Translations under genes and position numbers: made by a program
The notes under the pieces: model-generated
What the model was told of the DNA's origin: nothing
Databases searched by the model: none
The model's input: the letters and a program-made list of their open reading frames with translations, nothing else
In this document: piece by piece, positions 25,388-27,311 of the stretch
How the letters are laid out: each line of letters opens with the position of its first letter
Position numbering within the stretch: the stretch's first letter is position 1
Source: a virus
Taxonomy: Duplodnaviria; Caudoviricetes
IMG/VR virus record: IMGVR_UViG_3300049173_000058
Span: 1-27,311 of that record
Direction: 5' to 3' (one strand)
DNA: 27,311 nucleotides

Positions 25388-25412
25388 CAAAAGCGGCCCC
25401 CGAAGGGGCCGC
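25388..25412 (-). terminator. Intrinsic terminator
   Basis: GCGGCCCC-TTCG-GGGGCCGC then TTTTG. Confidence 0.8.
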
Positions 25413-25423
25413 CGTGGCGCGGG

Positions 25424-26086
25424 TCAGGCTATTTCCATCACGGTCCCGAAGGGGCAGACCGGCATCCCCACTTCGAGCCACTTCGCCGTGGTGCGGACCA
25501 CGTACCCGCCGCACTCGCACTTCGAGTTGCAGGCAACCTTGATCATGCGGGTTCCCTGCTTCTTCGGTCCGGACGAAGTCGGGGGCTCTTCCGGGGTCTC
25601 CTCGGGGTCTTCCGGCTTCGGCTCTTCCTTCGGCTGAATCGGCTTACCCATCGGGTACAGGGTGGCGTGATCGTAAGGGCCGATCTTCTTCGCCAGTTCG
25701 GCCAGCTTCTCCGTCAGTTCGGGGGTGGCTACCGTCGCGGTCATCTTGCCCGTGAGGCCGAGGGCCTTAGCGGCCTTCGCGAAGGCCCCCTTGTGGCCGC
25801 TCTTGCAGTCATCGGCCGCGTGCACCAGTTCGTGAATCAGAACGTCGAGAACGCGGGCTTCTTCCTTCAGTTCGGGGCTGATGAAGATGTGGTTCACGTC
25901 GTCCTCGGAGACGCGGCGCGCCCAGCACTGGCCGAGGATCTTTCCGTTCTCGCGCTTCGAGCCGTAGCCGAATCCGACCGAGACGTGAATCTTCTCCGGA
26001 AGGGGGAACTCGACCTTCTCGAACTCGGGGCGAAGAGCCTCGATCGCCAGGTGAAGCCACTCTTCGCGGGTGATGGTCTGAGCCAT
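25424..26086 (-). CDS. SprT-like HExxH metallopeptidase with C-terminal zinc ribbon
   Basis: LGQCW, IFISP, LIHELVHA....GHKG.F; C-terminal C..CECGGY...CP. Confidence 0.85.
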   Translation of the reverse strand: MAQTITREEWLHLAIEALRPEFEKVEFPLPEKIHVSVGFGYGSKRENGKILGQCWARRVSEDDVNHIFISPELKEEARVLDVLIHELVHAADDCKSGHKGAFAKAAKALGLTGKMTATVATPELTEKLAELAKKIGPYDHATLYPMGKPIQPKEEPKPEDPEETPEEPPTSSGPKKQGTRMIKVACNSKCECGGYVVRTTAKWLEVGMPVCPFGTVMEIA

Positions 26087-26142
26087 TTTCGTTCCCCTTC
26101 TCTATCCGGCCGGGCTTTCCGGCCGTCTCGCTGACAAGAAGA

Positions 26143-26171
26143 ACGTTACTGTGATTTGGAATCTGCGTCAA
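26143..26171 (-). promoter_or_regulatory. Promoter TTGACG-N17-TAACGT
   Basis: Near-consensus, operator-like motif in the spacer, leader. Confidence 0.85.
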
Positions 26172-26212
26172 GTGTTTAAACGGGCTGGTTCAAGTGATAG
26201 CATCAGGGCATA

Positions 26213-26243
26213 CAAAAACGGCCCCCGCCGAAGCGGGGGCCGT
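26213..26243 (-). terminator. Intrinsic terminator
   Basis: ACGGCCCCCGC-TTCG-GCGGGGGCCGT then TTTTG. Confidence 0.85.
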
Positions 26244-26287
26244 CTGCACCGACCTTCGATCGTGTCAGCGAGAGAAGGGGAAGGTGC
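26214..26287 (-). ncRNA. Candidate ~74-nt antisense sRNA complementary to the conserved early-gene leader and SD
   Basis: TACACT -10 at 26300-26295, G 7 nt later, hairpin GCACC...GGTGC enclosing TTCCCCTTCTCTCGCTGACACG, then a terminator. Confidence 0.6.
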
Positions 26288-26306
26288 GAGATTGAGTGTA
26301 CGGGAA

Positions 26307-26729
26307 TCAGGGTGGCGGAAGCCATTCACCCTGGGGCCAGACCACGCGGCCTATGCGGGCCGCCCGGATCAGCGTCCGGCAGCTCGGGCACGGCTCGCGC
26401 GTCACGTACAGGGTGGCCCCCTGGCGGTGCTCCCTGGGGGTGAGGCGGACGCAATTCCGCTCCGCATGGTCAGCCGTACAGTTCGAGTAATCCGAGTTCG
26501 GCGGGCACTCCTCGGCCGTCATGCGGCCCCGAGGGCAGGCACCAGCGGACAGGCAACCGGGCACGCCCGGCGGCGGGCCGTTGTACCCGGCGCCCACCTG
26601 AGTAGGCAGGCCGGCCAGAGGCTTGACCATGACCGCGCCCACCTGGGCGCGGGTGCAGTCCCCGCGTGCGCTCACGGCCTGGGCGATTCCGAGGAAGTAC
26701 ACATCCCAGGTAGGCCGCGGGTCACTCAC
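26307..26729 (-). CDS. Deoxycytidylate (dCMP) deaminase
   Basis: RPTWD.YFL.IA..V..R.DC.R.QVGA, GYNG, HAERN, PCPSC. Confidence 0.93.
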   Translation of the reverse strand: MSDPRPTWDVYFLGIAQAVSARGDCTRAQVGAVMVKPLAGLPTQVGAGYNGPPPGVPGCLSAGACPRGRMTAEECPPNSDYSNCTADHAERNCVRLTPREHRQGATLYVTREPCPSCRTLIRAARIGRVVWPQGEWLPPP

Positions 26730-26877
26730 TGGCGGCCCCTCGGGCCATGTCGCGCACGATGGCGAACGCCTGGGCGTCCGTGAAGCCCGCGCCCTTCAGG
26801 GCCTCGAAGTACGAGTGAAGGGCGGTAGCGGCCGCGATCAGGTCAGCGGCCACGCTGAAGGGGCTCTTCGTCGTCAA
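26722..26877 (-). CDS. Small helical hypothetical protein (51 aa)
   Basis: TTG after SD AGGAG; Y..L..AGFT..QA..IV motif common in phage ORFs. Confidence 0.7.
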   Translation of the reverse strand: MTTKSPFSVAADLIAAATALHSYFEALKGAGFTDAQAFAIVRDMARGAASE

Positions 26878-27238
26878 GGAATCTCCTGGTCTCGATCCCT
26901 GCCTTCTCGGCAAGAACGGCGGTCATGGACGCCCCTCGGCTTCCGTCGAGGATGAAGGCCAGGCACACATCAGGGCCGTCTTCGATCATCAGGGCGTTTC
27001 GCAGGTACCCGGCACGCTTGCCGTGGCGGTCCCAATTCGCGGGGTAGCGCACACGGTGCATGCCGGTCTCTACGGCGTACGTGTCGGCCAGGGCATCCGC
27101 CCCTGTGGGGCAGGCTCCATGCATCAACACGGCTTCATGGAAAGGCGTCTTGTGCTCATACAAAGCCCGGAAGATCTCAAGTTCGATCTTCCGGGCGTCG
27201 GTCCAGTCGCGTGAACCGGTGACGAGAACCTTCAGCAC
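26843..27238 (-). CDS. SLOG / YspA-like (DUF2493) protein
   Basis: KVLVTGSRDW, HGAC.TGAD.LA, PANW..HGK.AG..RN..M, AF....SRG. Confidence 0.9.
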   Translation of the reverse strand: MLKVLVTGSRDWTDARKIELEIFRALYEHKTPFHEAVLMHGACPTGADALADTYAVETGMHRVRYPANWDRHGKRAGYLRNALMIEDGPDVCLAFILDGSRGASMTAVLAEKAGIETRRFLDDEEPLQRGR

Positions 27239-27311
27239 GACCAGTCGTCGTCATCCACGTACACGGGGACGGGAACAACCGTGGTCGAGTGGCCGCCGCT
27301 CGGCGGACGAG
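27232..27311 (-). CDS. 3' end of an upstream gene (partial; ...GGHSTTVVPVPVYVDDDDWSC)
   Basis: Open frame whose TGA falls just inside the start of the SLOG gene; truncated by the window edge. Confidence 0.45.
   Translation of the reverse strand, partial: RPPSGGHSTTVVPVPVYVDDDDWSC

Noticed and set aside
21700-26180. Recurring repeats as a CRISPR array
   Set aside because: Spacing is irregular (hundreds of bp) with genes in between; no cas genes.
26151-26783. Plus-strand ORF running through GTCAGCGAGAGAAGGGGAAGG
   Set aside because: Antisense to the dCMP deaminase; no TANNNT at the expected distance; the terminator U tract faces the minus strand.

Overview
This window is the left ~27 kb of a high-GC siphophage genome, or a prophage read from its packaging end. 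The host is almost certainly an actinomycete and most likely Streptomyces (Lsr2, an XRE/TPR regulator, and HrdB/SigA-type promoters). The + strand from 224 to 19102 is an HK97-type virion and lysis operon: HNH, P27-type terS, a structured RNA cluster with two aberrant tRNA-like genes, a second HNH, terL, portal, protease, capsid, neck, tail tube, chaperone with a -1 frameshift, tape measure, tail tip, endolysin and holin. From 19.2 kb there is a divergent regulator cassette, then leftward promoter-gene-terminator cassettes (HicA-like pair, Lsr2 proteins, HExxH protease, dCMP deaminase, SLOG protein). The most notable non-coding signals are four. (1) Eight accessory genes share a 5' leader, GUCAGCGAG(A). 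(2) A candidate ~74-nt sRNA (26287->26214) carries the reverse complement of that leader plus an anti-Shine-Dalgarno tract in a hairpin loop. (3) A promoter-driven ~560-nt highly structured non-coding RNA candidate lies at 23320->22760. (4) Two further operator-like repeat families are present. No integrase or att site is visible. All family assignments come from motif recognition by eye, not from database searches.
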